Positions 12,699 to 26,155 of a DNA stretch of 64,000 bases are shown here, one piece after another; position 1 is the first letter of the stretch, and each line of letters begins with the position of its first letter. The position numbers and the translations under genes were made by a program. The notes beneath the pieces are model-generated. The model had not been told where the DNA came from, did no database searches, and saw only the letters and a program-made list of their open reading frames with translations. Where the stretch lies: assembly GCA_964016885.1 (NCBI GenBank), contig OZ024742.1, positions 299,770,001 to 299,834,000 on the forward strand. Direction: 5' to 3'. This DNA is from Eledone cirrhosa (lineage: Eukaryota).

Positions 12699-13815
12699 CT
12701 ATTCAGTATATATATTTGTGTGTGTGCATGAATATATACAGATATATGTATGTGCGTTGTGTGTGTTTGTAGGGGGGAGAGAAAGAGAGAGGGAAAGAGA
12801 GACACGGGGGGATATTGAAGAGTTTAGTGATAGTAGAGGTAAATCTAGACCTTACTGATTGAATGTAACTGAAAAGAAGCTGTCGGAAATTGTATCCTAT
12901 TGTGTTGTATCACTCGCAGCACTTTCCGCTGGTGATAAACACGGGAATTTAGGAACGTTTTGTATTACGTGTATGCAGTGTGAAACTGCAGGAAAGCCGA
13001 CAAAAATTGCAGAGGCTTTTGAGTGGAATTGCTTTAAGTTATACATCTATTTTGGTTTTGTATGTAAGAGGTTTGCAGTGATATTAGAGACAGTCTTTGG
13101 CAAGCTACAAAAAGGTCCTGCTACAATTAGACAGACTGTTTCTTTTTAGATCTTTTATCATTACTTACAATGTTCATGTTGTTGTTTTGTAGCTGTTTTA
13201 CACTACACAGAAGCAGCTTAAATGTGAAAGTGAAATTAATTATACACAATCAAGAAATAGAAAGTTATTTGAAACAACTGCCAAGACAAGTACAGCTGTA
13301 TTCACTCTTTTGAAACACGGAATCGAGGCATCGTTAATCCAATCATCTATTTCGTGATATCCGATTCCTATTTCAATTTTTGATTCATAGACTTCACTGA
13401 CTTTTGGTAACCTCTTTCAAGATACCAAATTTCCAAATAGATTTTAATCTCTGTGTCTCTCATTCAACTTGTTTTTGCTGTTTTTGATATATTTTTCTTT
13501 GTTTCTTTTTTGTGCTTCTGTTTTCGTTTTCTGTTAATCAATAGCCAAAGAGCATTATATTTGAAGATCAACTTTTCTCTATAAATTACAGATAAACCGT
13601 TGCATTTAATTATCTTTTTCCTCTATTAACGTATTTTCGACTGGTTTGTCGTCGAATTAATAACAATGAAAACATCTAGCGTCGTTAACTATTACTCCGT
13701 GAATTGGTAAAGTCATGACGACGTCCGATAAAATGTATTAAACGCACTTGATTTCTGGCATTTGCTTAGTTTTCCTCTTCATCTTTATCCACTGTACTAT
13801 ATTCCCTCTCGCTCG

Positions 13816-13962
<147 letters not shown>

Positions 13963-14382
13963 TTAGTAAAAAGGAAAAGAAAATGTTGACAAATTGTTCC
14001 CAGTGAAAAATAGTTTAATTGGGAATAAGTATAAATTAGTAATAAGTATTAGTTAGTATTCAGTTTTAGTTTTAAGTTTTTACCGGTTGCGCATTTCTTA
14101 TGCTTTTCAAAAATAATTTTGAGATAGAGTGCTCGTGATTTTTGCTCTAATCTGAGCAAAAATTAGAGCAAAAATCCTGGGAAAAATTTGTCAGCATTTT
14201 CTTTTCCTTTTTACTAATATATCACAACTCGTGTGTCACACCTCTATTATATATATATATGTATATATATATATAAACACGCATATATATATATATATTT
14301 CGCTCTCTCTATCTATTTATCTCTCACTTGCCCTTTACTTACTCCCATTACTCTCATATTTCTATCTGTATTCACTTTCACG

Positions 14383-14478
<96 letters not shown>

Positions 14479-14958
14479 ATTAGAGAACGGGTCATATGTA
14501 GCGAATAATGATACAGCCACCAGATATGAAGGTTTGTTGTGATATAAGCGAGCAGCAGCCAAATGAATTAGCAACTACGGACCAACAACGGTAGATGACA
14601 CTATTAGCTGACACTGTTAGCTTCCAAGAAACTTCTCACAGCCCAGTGATGTAGATACGACGAGATGTGTATTGAACCTAGTCGTTGCAGGTCTGAGAAA
14701 AGTACTAAATTGGTGACTGGCGCGAATGAGACCAATAAAACACAGCAATATGTCTGGAAACAGTAAAGATATCCGTACAGCATCGTTCTTCATGCGAGAT
14801 AACAAGGGGCGTGTTCAGACCTTAGGTAGAGAGGTTTGTTCCAGAAATATATTTCCATGCTCAGATGGCATAATTGACCGCTTCATTGAAGCTGAAGCTG
14901 AAACTGCCGAGCTGAACAGTTTTCACTACGTTTCAACGTCCTCAGTTATACATATATA

Positions 14959-16102
14959 CTAGCACCCGTCCGGCTGGCGCCCGGCTAGGTATACCTGCCC
15001 CCACCACTCCACTGAAAAGATACCACACACCCTTCCGTGTCACATTGTCCTTCCGACTCTCTCTCTCTCTCTGAATAACTAACACTTTAATTGTATCTCT
15101 CTCTCTCTCTCTGATTTCCCCTCCCTCTGTTTTTCTGTCTCTCTCTGTAGATGTGTGTGTGTAGTTTTCCTAATCTCTCTCTCTCTCTCTCTCTGTATAT
15201 ATTGAAGGGCGATACGGAAACTAAAACAGTGTTGTCATATAGAGAGTGAAGAGCGACAGAGAGAGTAAAGCAGTTAAATTATAGAGAGGGGGAATTATCT
15301 TACATACATACATACATATAAAGTATAGATATGCGTGTGTGTGTTTGTGTATGTGTATGTGTGTATGTGCATTGTTTTGATGTTATATTATGTGTGTGTG
15401 TGTATGTATGTGTGTGTGTTACTTATGCGAGCGACGACAGAAAGTATGTGTATTTGTGTGTGTGTGTGTGTGTTACGCATGCGAGCGACGACAGAAAAAG
15501 TGTGTGGGATACATACATTATTGGTTTCTTATATACGCACAAGGCCAGTGATTTTGTGGGAGGGGAAAGTCGATTAAATCGACCCCAGTGCGTGACTGGT
15601 ACTTTATTTTATCGACCCCGTGAGGATGAAAGGCAAAGTTAACCTCGGCGGGATTTGAACTCAGATCATAAAGGGCCGTAACTCTATGTTGCAAAGCATT
15701 GCGTCCGACCCTCTACCGATACTGCCAATCCACCACCCTGTGGGATACATACATTATTATATGTGTCTGTATTTTCGTTCTGCAACCATTATATTATGAT
15801 ATTTGTATTCAAATGATTTTAGATGTATGTATTACCTACTTGCTCGTCCCTCTCTCTCTCTCCTCTCTCCTCTCTCTCCCTCTTTAGATGTGTGTGTGTA
15901 GTTTTCCTAATCTGTCTCTTTCACTCTAAGAGCCTTTTGATGTATGTATTACCTGCTTGTGTGTTGACCGAATTTGAAGGAGGTTATCCTTTTGAAATAA
16001 AAATACATACGACGCTCCGGAAAGTAAAAGAGTGTTGTCATATAGAGAGCGAAGAGAGACAGAGAGTAAAGCAGTTAAATTAGAGAGAGGGTGAAAGAGG
16101 GA

Positions 16103-16177
<75 letters not shown>

Positions 16178-16470
16178 CGCTCATTTTTTTTATATTTGAG
16201 AGTGAAGATCCACAGAGAGAGTAAAGCAGTTAAATTATAGAGAGGGGGATTGATCTATTATAGAGAGAGGGAAGAGCGACGGAGAGAGTAAAGCTAAGAA
16301 ACTATAGGGAGGTGTGTAGGATACATACACAATACATACACATGACACTCAAATATTATGTGTGTGTGTGCGTGTGTGTATGTGTTTGTGTGTGTGTGTA
16401 TCTGTGTTTGTGTGCATATTTATATATATATTAATTTATTTATGTATATATATATAGAGAGAGAGAGAGA
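14959..16470 (-). mobile_element. Probable non-autonomous Helitron (3' end clear, 5' end uncertain) with a SINE A insertion at about 15521-15738
   Basis: Minus-strand end CCGGGCGCCAGCCGGACGGGTG-CTAG|T (hairpin plus CTAG). The internal block AGAGAGTAAAGCAGTTAAATT is repeated. Confidence 0.45.
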
Positions 16471-16861
16471 TAGATAAAAATAAGAAGAAAGCATGAACGG
16501 GAGAAAGTTTTCCATCATCAGTTGTCTGCTGGGGGTCTTGGAAATTTCTACGCATTAAAGACAAGATATCTCGCCCAGTGCGTTCAATAACTAAAGTAAG
16601 TTATTGGGAAAATAATAGGAAGAGAAATATCCTCTAAATCAACATTGTTTCATTTACGCTAACACTAAAGTAGATTTATCTACTATATTAAAATAAAATA
16701 TCCGTAACTCTAAAACATATTTATTTAGATGTCTGTTGGTTAACCTGTTATGTTTAAGTTAGTTGATGTTATAGCAAAACAAAAAGCGTATTTTTATCTA
16801 TAAATGTACAATTACAGCATTGTTATATTGTTATACAAACAACAAATTAGTACTCAATAAA

Positions 16862-17850
16862 CAATACATACGTATCCATACATGATGGCTGCCTCCTCGT
16901 TATCGAGTATGGCCATTGCACGATATAACATTATTAATATTTATCAATTAAGCTATCGTGCAATGCCTGTGCGTGAAGATTTTTTTTAAAGTGAACAAAG
17001 AATATGCACTGAACCAATCCCACTCTCTGAGCGACAGTAGCTGTAACCCGAAAAGATCAACATCATCGGTAACTACTGATCCGCAGGTTTTATGTCGGAG
17101 TATTCCAATACATACATACATACAAACATACATGATGGCTGCAAACTCACGCTAAGGGTATTGCAATCGTTGTCAGATTCAAATGTGTGACGCTCGGATA
17201 TGGCTTTTCAAGCCGGATACAGACTTGCACTCCTTCGCACATTGACACCAACTAAGGATCTCCCTGGCCTCATGTCAAGCATCAGGATGCCTGTGAACCT
17301 TTGCAATACCGTGGAGATCATAGTTCACTGGTTCTCTCTGATCATGACTGCAACTTTGGCTCCTGAGACCAGATTTGCTCAAGCAAATCTTTCTACACTC
17401 AGGGCACACCAATTCAATGGAGCCACCGATTTATGTATATATGTCTCGAAACATACAAACATACATACCTACCTACATACATACAACATACATACAAACA
17501 TACCTACCTACATACATACTTACATACATACATACATGATGGTTGCAACTCGATTTCGAATAATGCCATCGCTTGATACTTAGCATGAGCAAGACAGACG
17601 TGGCTGTTTAGTCCTACTAGGGACATGCCTATGGCCAACAATACCATGCATCGCAAAAGGTGCCACATATCAAGCGATGCCTCTACTTGAAGCTTTTTCA
17701 AGTGAGGAAAGGCTTTTCACGGGTCCAATCCCACTCTATGAACATCGAATGTATGTACACAAAAGGTAGAATTAGTCTACATCACTGGATGCAAACGAAG
17801 TGGCAGGTTTTATATCAGAGTGACCTTCTCCCAAAGAAATGCCTTAATGA
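16862..17850 (-). mobile_element. Stack of three LINE 3' ends with C2H2-like fingers and (GTAT)n tails
   Basis: Each unit ends GCA[G/A]CCATCAT-(GTAT)n on the minus strand. Peptides include CPECRKICLSKSGLRS and CQCAKECKSVSGLKSHIRASH*. Confidence 0.55.
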
Positions 17851-17928
17851 AGACTAGGGATCTCTCGCTCCACAAAGAATACATACATGAGTACGTACAC
17901 GTACACACACAGTATTTAATGTAAAAAT

Positions 17929-17979
17929 GGCTTCTACGGGACTTGAACTGTTTCGTTCGTATGAAAGCATCAGGAATGC
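17929..17979 (-). ncRNA. Degenerate hammerhead motif, same family as 19457/19521
   Basis: Minus strand: GCAUUC-CUGAUGC-UUUCAUACGAAC-GAAA-CAGUUCAAGUCCCG-UA-GAAGCC. Confidence 0.5.
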
Positions 17980-19194
17980 GCATTCCTGATCAATATTGTT
18001 ATATTTTCTGTCGGATGGCCTCTTTGGAATGCAGATCGATAACGGAGTCGAGTCCATAATTTCTATGGATGACTATGAGCGAATCCTCTGCGAAATGCGC
18101 GTAGAAAATTAAATACGTGTAAACGAAACTTCATTGTTTTTATTTACATATATATGTGTGTCTGTGTGTGTCTGTGTATGTGTCTGTGTGTGTGTATGTG
18201 TGTGTGTATCTGTATGTGTGTGTCTGTGTGGGGGAGGGTGTGTACTGCTCTCTTTTTCTTTCTCTTTCTCTCTCTTCATTCATTTTCTTTCTCTTTTCTT
18301 TTGTCTTTCTTTTGTTTTTGCTTTTTGGGAGGATGGAGGAAATGAATTTTTAACATGTTAGTAAAAGCTATTAAGAATATAATTATTTGCAGACGGACTT
18401 CAACATTCATTTTTACCACAGCTATATTTTTTTAATAGACCACTAGACAACTTACTTTAAATTATAGCTGTTGAATTTTGTAATTTGAAACTTTCTGAAA
18501 ATTAAACATCTAATTTATCTGCGAAGGTCATTTTAATTTTCGCAAACGTTATTATCAAACGTATTCTCGTATGGTATTTCATTATTTTGGTAATTATTTA
18601 TAAGTAGCGCCGGTGCTACCATGAAGAACAACTAGGCGTCTAACTTAGATGCATACCTCATTGAGGCATGTTACTGAACATTAAAGCATCACAGATACAT
18701 ACACTTTTCTGCAATCAATAAATTAACCACTAACTGTCTTTGTCACGTAGAGGTTTTATGAAAATACCAAAAGTGGTGGCGAGTGTGTTAAGGTGTAATA
18801 AGATTTGGCATGAGTGAATGGATTTTGTAGCAGAAAATGCAGGCTTAGAAATTGTCTTAATGTTCTTAGAGCAAGAAGTATCAAAAACCTGGTTTATCGG
18901 CTTACAATCAGTAAGTTGGAATTATTTTATTTGGGAGAAGAGGCACTTACCTGGCATTAAATATCCAGGTGTTACAATGGTGATATTTTCATAAAATATA
19001 TTTTCTTAGTTAAAAACATACGAAAAGTAATAAAACACTGAAAAAAAAATCTTTATTGATAAGTCGTTTGTGTTGAAAGACAGTTACAAGGTGGGAAGAA
19101 CTTATAAATCTTCTATTGGGTTGTGTGGTCGAGGAGCTCGCTTTGCATCGTAACCATGTGATTCCAAGGAAGAGAACTTTGAGCAAGGGTCTTC

Positions 19195-19292
19195 TACCTT
19201 ATACTATAGCCACAGAAAAGTGCAGAGAAGCCCGTAGTATATATATATATATATACTACGGGCTTCTCTGCAGTTTTCTGTGGCTATAGTAT

Positions 19293-19298
<6 letters not shown>
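19195..19298. repeat. (TA)9-centred inverted duplication with 43-bp arms
   Basis: 19195-19237 mirrors 19256-19298 with one mismatch and is followed by long (TA)n. Confidence 0.9.
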
Positions 19299-19374
<76 letters not shown>

Positions 19375-19456
19375 TTTATCCCGGGTTCAATCGGGGGTAA
19401 CCGCAGTAAGTAAGGTACTCAATATAGTGCAGAGTATAAATATTTAATATAGAAAT

Positions 19457-19507
19457 GGCTTCTACAGGACTAGAACTGTTTCCTTCGGGAGAAATCATCA
19501 GGAAGCC
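19457..19507 (-). ncRNA. Type I hammerhead ribozyme motif
   Basis: Minus strand: GGCUUC-CUGAUGA-UUUCUCCCGAAG-GAAA-CAGuucuagucCUG-UA-GAAGCC, with a 6-bp stem I. Confidence 0.8.
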
Positions 19508-19520
19508 CCTGAAATCATCG

Positions 19521-19571
19521 GGCTTCCTGATGATTTCTCCCGAATGAAACAGTTCTAGTCTTGTAGAAGCC
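19521..19571 (+). ncRNA. Type I hammerhead ribozyme motif (inverted partner)
   Basis: GGCTTC-CTGATGA-TTTCTCCCGAAT-GAAA-CAGTTCTAGTCTTG-TA-GAAGCC. Confidence 0.75.
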
Positions 19572-19575
19572 ATGT

Positions 19576-19658
<83 letters not shown>

Positions 19659-22132
19659 CTGAAAGACTAGAATAGCATGTGTATGTGCACACATATGTGT
19701 AACGTACCTTTATGTGTTTACGTCCGATAAATTAGCGGTTCCACAGTAACAGATCGATAAATTACGAAGCCGACTTGAACAACTATGTAAGTACAGGGGC
19801 CAATGTGATCGACAAAACGAACCCGGTGCCCCAGTATGGCCGCGGTGAAATGATTGAGACCAGTAAAAGACTATAAGAATAATAGAACAATCTGAGGATG
19901 ATCAATATTGTCCACATCATGTTCTGGCCTTTCTAGGACTGGGAGAAAGGTAAATAGCTTTTCAAACAGAATATGACAGTAACAGCTGTAAAGCCACGGG
20001 GGAAATGAATACGACTTCTGACATTTATAAAATAATATTTGAAGCAGCTATACTGACATTACAATGTGGTAAATTAGTAGTGTCGTTAGAACATCAGATA
20101 AAAATGTTTTGCATTAGTTCCGGCTCTCTACTGTCTGAGTTCAAATTCCGCCAACGTCTTCTTTGCATTTCATCCTTTGAAGTGGATAAAAAATGTTTAA
20201 AAATTACGTGGTCAGTGCGAAAGTGGATTTTTTTCTCTTTCTTTAGAAGAAGAAGAAGAAGAAGAAACATTCTTTAAGTTCTCAGTTCAATGTATTCTTG
20301 AACGTTTTCTTTGGCTTAATCGTTTTCCTTTTAGCCTGAGCAAGTTCCCTACAAAACAGTTACTTAGAGATACGCTCCGCAGTCATGAGGACAGTATGTC
20401 AAGACCACCGCAACTGGTTTTTCCAAATTATTACCTGGATGGAACAAATACTAGATGCAGCTAGAACATCAGAGTCGGGAGTGAATGAATTTCAAAATTT
20501 ATCAGAATTCGGAGTAAACATATTTGATGCCAACTTCTTCGCCAGTCAGCCAAGCTTGCATCCTTCATGTGTATGTATTAGAGAAAAAGTGTTAACGTCT
20601 GCTTCAGGACATGGGGATCATCAGCTGGAAGCTTATTTCGATTCCAATAGTGTTAAACAACTATGAATACAAGCCTTTCCCTGGATGGGACACCAGTCCG
20701 TTGTAGAGTTAACTTTTTGTTACTGCCTGTTCTTATTTTTCCCTATCTAAATGAACTGAAGCTATATGAAATGAAATGTTTTACTCTCAAAACCAATGCA
20801 TCTCCAGGTCTGGGAGTCGAACGGAAGACCAATACCCTAATAAACAGGTTATATTTAGAAAGAAAGTGGCTGACCGTTATGATCTCAGGTTCCGAAAAAC
20901 TAAGTATCAAACTTGAAAATACAATTACTGGCGTCAATATAATCGACTAAATCAAAGCAATGCTCCAGCATGGTCATAGTAATGCCTTAACCAGTAGAGG
21001 AATAAAAGAATATCAGGCTTTATTTATTTCTTCTCATGGCACAAAAATATATTCAATACTGCGAAATTTTATTAAACAGATGTTTGCCGACATTTCTCAG
21101 AATCAATATATTTTTTTCTCATTTTGACAAGGAGAGGCATGGGTTCCGCCAGGTTTAAAATAACCAAGTCACGCTTTATATCACATCGACGCCTATACGA
21201 CTTCGTTTATGAATGGATGGATGATGACAATATGGTAAGTTGTGTGGCCTAACGATTAATGTGTTAAACTGTTGAACTTAAGGTCATCGCTCCCATTCTC
21301 GGACCGTATGATGCATTGAATTCTTGATCAAGACAGTTCATTTCACGCTGCTTTTCGTGATAAGACTGGTACCTTTATAATTAAAATATGATTGAGATAC
21401 CCGAGAAACCTCTTACGGGATACAATATCATATGAGGACATCTAAGCTTGCATAGATATAAGCTGTAAATTTCATTTCAGAGTACATGGCTTGATGTTAG
21501 TGTGTTCGACTCACGATCATAAAATCATGATTGCGATTCCAGGCGAACAATAAGATAGCAAATGTTCCTGTTAAGATATGTGTGAACTAACAGTCGTTGG
21601 ATTAAGTGCGTCGGTATTTGTTCCGGCTCTCAATGAGTTGCGGCTCTCTTGTGAGTACAAATTCCACCGAGTTCAGTTATGTTGTTCATCCTTTCAGAGT
21701 TGCTAAAATAAAGTACTATCAGTTGCAGTAATCCACATTTATAGTGATGGATTGGTGGAAATGATAGAACATCGAACGACTTGTACCGTTTGTTCCGGCT
21801 GTTGCCTACTTGGGTGGTAGGCTTAATTTGTCGTCCAGTTTAACACCACCACTTGGTCCTTAGCTATCTTGAGAAGATGCCAGTCTATTACAAATATTTG
21901 GGCCAGGTCTCCGGCTTCCTTCTTTCTCTCACCAGCTTCTGAATCCCTGAAAAGTATCACGGACTCTGCCATTGCGTCTCTGATTAAACAGTAACTAAAA
22001 CAAATTTCCAGTAAAGAAATTATATATATTGTTCAATATAAATTAAATGAATTAATCTACTTTAACTTAATCGTATTTTCTTAATATGCATGGATTAGCT
22101 ATATGACTTTTATTCGTATGCATTATGTTATA

Positions 22133-22344
22133 CGAGGGTCGACTTAAAGGTTCATTGGCTGAAACGTTCATCAGCTGACAAGATATTCTCATAGAATGAC
22201 CAAATGAGGTTTATTTTTCAGTATAGTCCCTGGAAAAAACAATGCAGTTATTAAAAAGAAGAGTTCAAATTATTTCATGGAAGATTTCCCAGCACTAGCA
22301 TCACTCCTTCATAGTCAGTCTATGAACTTTACAGCCTACCCTCG
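22133..22344. mobile_element. Mariner-type MITE
   Basis: TA|CGAGGGTCGACTTAAAGGTTCAT ... ATGAACTTTACAGCCTACCCTCG|TA. Confidence 0.65.
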
Positions 22345-22548
22345 TATGCTAAGCGCATATCTGTAGCAGCAAGCATTAGACAATGGACTGGAAAACAATT
22401 TCATTTCTAAGATGAAATACAACTTCTCAAGAGAAATCATATAGAGTTTTATTAAAGGCTATATCTTTATTAACTATATTCCTTCTTTATTTATAGTTAC
22501 TGTTCAGCCTGGATAACACCAAGTATTCTGCCAGTATACACACACACA

Positions 22549-22613
<65 letters not shown>

Positions 22614-22614
22614 C

Positions 22615-22882
22615 GTATTTAAGAAAGCCACAACAATGCAAAGGGAAATCTCGAGGTAGGAAGTGAAATATAGATAGGAAAAACAGGTGAAAGTGAAAAT
22701 TGAGAGAGACAAAGATGAAAACAAAACAAAGGTAGAAGGGTTAAATCTCTACTACGGTAACCCTTCTACCTTTGTTTTGTTTTCATCTTTGTCTCTCTCA
22801 ATTTTCACTTTCACCTGTTTTTCCTATCTATATTTCACTTCCTACCTCGAGATTTCCCTTTGCATTGTTGTGGCTTTCTTAA

Positions 22883-22886
<4 letters not shown>
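22615..22886. repeat. Perfect hairpin palindrome (129-bp arms, 14-nt spacer) between two (TA)n tracts
   Basis: 22615-22743 is the reverse complement of 22758-22886. Confidence 0.95.
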
Positions 22887-22960
<74 letters not shown>

Positions 22961-23020
22961 ATATTAAATAAGACCGAAATCCGAAGAGGGCTCGATCAGG
23001 ATTGTATATATATATATATT

Positions 23021-23141
<121 letters not shown>

Positions 23142-23250
23142 ATAATAATAAATTTGAAGACTAAAATCCAAAGAGAGCTCGATAAGGATAAATATATATC
23201 AAATATATAAGCGATTCTTTGCTTAAATTTAATCTGTTATTTTAATAATA

Positions 23251-25509
23251 CAGTGGTGTAGCTAGAGTGTGGCAAGCAGGGCACATGCCACGGGCGCCAT
23301 ATTTAGGGGGGAGCAATATTGATCTAGGTCGATTTACATCCATGTCGTTTTATCATTTTTAAAAATAAATCAAAAATGAAGCATGTGATTTCTTGATAGT
23401 CAACTTCCACGCCATGTCTAGTGCACTATACAGTGCAGATGTCTGATTTGACTTCACAAAAACGCCCCCCCCCCCCCTCCACACTGACATCAGGGTGGAT
23501 TGCAATTATGCGGGCGCTATTTTTAGCTATACATTGCAAAACAGCGGATACCTCACTTGACCTCACAACCACCCCACTACCCCCCCCACACACACACACT
23601 GACTGAAGGGACGTAGTTTTGGACGTGCAACTGGTGGACACGCAGGCGCTATTTTTAGCAATGCATTGCAATGACCAATACAAGATAATTATAATTATGA
23701 AGCTGGTTTACAAAACAAAGTAGTTTGTCTTTTACAACTGGTACATAAGACGTATAGAAAAGGTATCATAATACAAATGGCCAGATAGGATCGGATATCT
23801 TCTATTAGGAATTCAATTTGACTCCAGTTTAGATGGTTCAATGTTTTCTTCTATAATACAGTTCATCAGAATTTACTAAATCGTATCCAAAAAGCAAGAT
23901 ACTATGGTCTGCTGATTGATTCGACCCCTGACCAGGCGCACCGAGAACAACTGTCAAAAGTTGTGCGATATGTCGATGTTGATTTCAATATGAAGACGGT
24001 CGTTGTGAGGGAATCTTTTCTTGGATTCATTCAAGTAATCAAAAAAGATGCCGCAAGCCTTGTTGAAACAATCGTAAAAGAGCTAGAAAAAAGATGACCT
24101 ACCACTGCAGAAGTGTCGATCGCAGTGCTACGACAATGCTGCCATAATGTCTGGGCACCGCAATGGGGTTCAGCAGAGAATGAGAGAGAAGAAGAATTTG
24201 ATTCACTTCGTTAATTGCGATAACCATTCACTTAATCTGGCTGGTCTTCATGCAGCCAAAAACGATTCTGCTATGATGAACTTTTTCAGTTGCATTGACT
24301 CGTTATACAACTTTTTTTCTCGTTCAACACGACGATGGGTAGCCCTTAAAGAAGTTGCTCCAGTGGTTGTTAAATATCCTTCCGACACGCGGTGGAGTGC
24401 TAGATGTACCGCAGTCAGACCGGTGGCGAATTATTTGACGCTGATTGTTCAAGTTCTCGAAAGAATTAGTGATGATGAAACAGAGACATGCGAGAGTAGA
24501 AATGATGCCAGTAATCTCCATAATCGGATACTGAGTTATGAATTCCTGAACTTGATTGGATTCTGGAACACGATTCTCTCACGAATTGACCGGGTTCAAA
24601 AGAGACTTCAAGATCCAAAAATGAATTTTCACGATGCTGCAGCTGATATAGGAGCCCTTCAACTTTATTTTAAAGAAGAAGGAACATCCTTAATCCACGA
24701 GTCTCTTGAAATGGGCTTCGACCTCTGCCAGAAATGGAATGTGGATTTTCCGAGGAGGCGAGGAAGACGACAAACCAATACCGAAATTACTGAGGACGTC
24801 GAGGTGGCTGCCAGAAAAGAGATAGACAGAGCAATGCAAACTTCACTCAATCGTCTTCAAACAGAAATGGAAGAACGGTTTATTCGACTTAAGGAAACCG
24901 ACTCAAGTGTTGGCTTTCTTCTTGATGTCAACTATCTGTTTTATTTAGCTGCTCCTGATAACCTTGTCCTTAAACAAAGGTGCAACAGTCTTGCGGAACT
25001 ATACAACTCCAACATCGACGGAAAGCAATTGTATGAGGAAATCTTGGACTGCCGATCTTTGCTGGCTACTAGGACAGCTGACCCAATTTTAAAGCTGGAG
25101 GCACTTCTCCAATTCATCATACAATACGGTGATGAATGTGTTTTTCTCAATTTGCGAATCAGCATTCAAATAATGTTGACGATTTCTATTTCAATTGCCA
25201 GTTACGAGAGGTCGTTCAGCAAGCTGAAGCTAATACATTCGTATTTGCGAACCTCAATGGGCCAACAACGGCTGACTCACCTCGCCCTTTCGAGTGTAGA
25301 AATCGAAGAGTTTGAACGAACTGATTTCGAGGAAATTATCAACCAGTTTGCCTCATTAAAAGCCCGAAAAATCAAGTTGTAACCGTTTTTTGTTTTTTTT
25401 ATTATAAATTCTACCGCAATTTCGTCTTTGTGGATCTTGACTTTTTGATGGGGGGGGGGCACAATTTTGATGCTTGCCCTGGGCGCCGTTTACCCTAGCT
25501 ATGCCACTG
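23251..25509 (+). mobile_element. hAT DNA transposon, internally deleted
   Basis: TIRs CAGTGGTGTAGCTAG and CTAGCTATGCCACTG, subterminal GGGCGCC motifs, and a transposase inside. No perfect 8-bp TSD is visible. Confidence 0.9.
23860..25382 (+). pseudogene. hAT transposase (Tip100/ZMYM1-like group), frameshifted and N-terminally deleted
   Basis: DSTPD..HREQLS.VVRYV in the upstream frame, then QCYDNAAIMSG, CDNHSLNL (CxxH), TRWSAR and the dimerisation motif ERSFSKLKLI..YLRTSMGQQRL..LA in ORF 24147-25382. Confidence 0.9.
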
Positions 25510-25526
25510 TTTATATATATATATAA

Positions 25527-26114
25527 TTATTAAAATAACAGATTAAAGTTTAACATTAAATGTTAACAGATTAAAAGACAACCACACCCAATATAAGTTA
25601 CACTGGGAGATCCTAGCTAAGGCTAGATCGTATAACGGAAATAAAGGACCATGTGACCTCTGCGCCGTTGATCATAAATTGCACAAAACTTTCCTGTATT
25701 ACAGTCCCACATTATACCCTAACGGATAGTACGAACTATACGCGGATATTTTACGTCTTGATGTGGTAGCTAAGTATATGTTATGTTTATACCATTACTT
25801 ATTTGTATAGGTAAGTATATATTAGCTGTATGTTTTGTGAAGGTACGTATACTTTTTCGTACGTATACTTGATTGTATATGTTATGGCGTATATATTATA
25901 TATTCTGGTACATATGCATTTGGTTATGTGTATACGCGAGCTTTGCGTCTGTGTGAGTATGCGGGTTCGTACGTATGTAGGGTGTGTGTATATGTGTACT
26001 TTGTGTTTTGGTTGATGTACGTCTCCGAACATATGTGTATTTACTTGTAGGTATGTGTGTGCGCGTGCTATATACGTATTTATTTATATACGTTTATTTA
26101 ATTATATGTATACA

Positions 26115-26155
<41 letters not shown>

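Noticed and set aside
18944-18957. ACTTACCTGGC, resembling the U1 snRNA 5' end
   Set aside because: Only 11 nt match and the rest of U1 is absent.
24147-25382. 411-aa ORF as a domesticated ZMYM1-like host gene
   Set aside because: It is flanked by TIRs, the upstream catalytic region is frameshifted and the N-terminus is missing.
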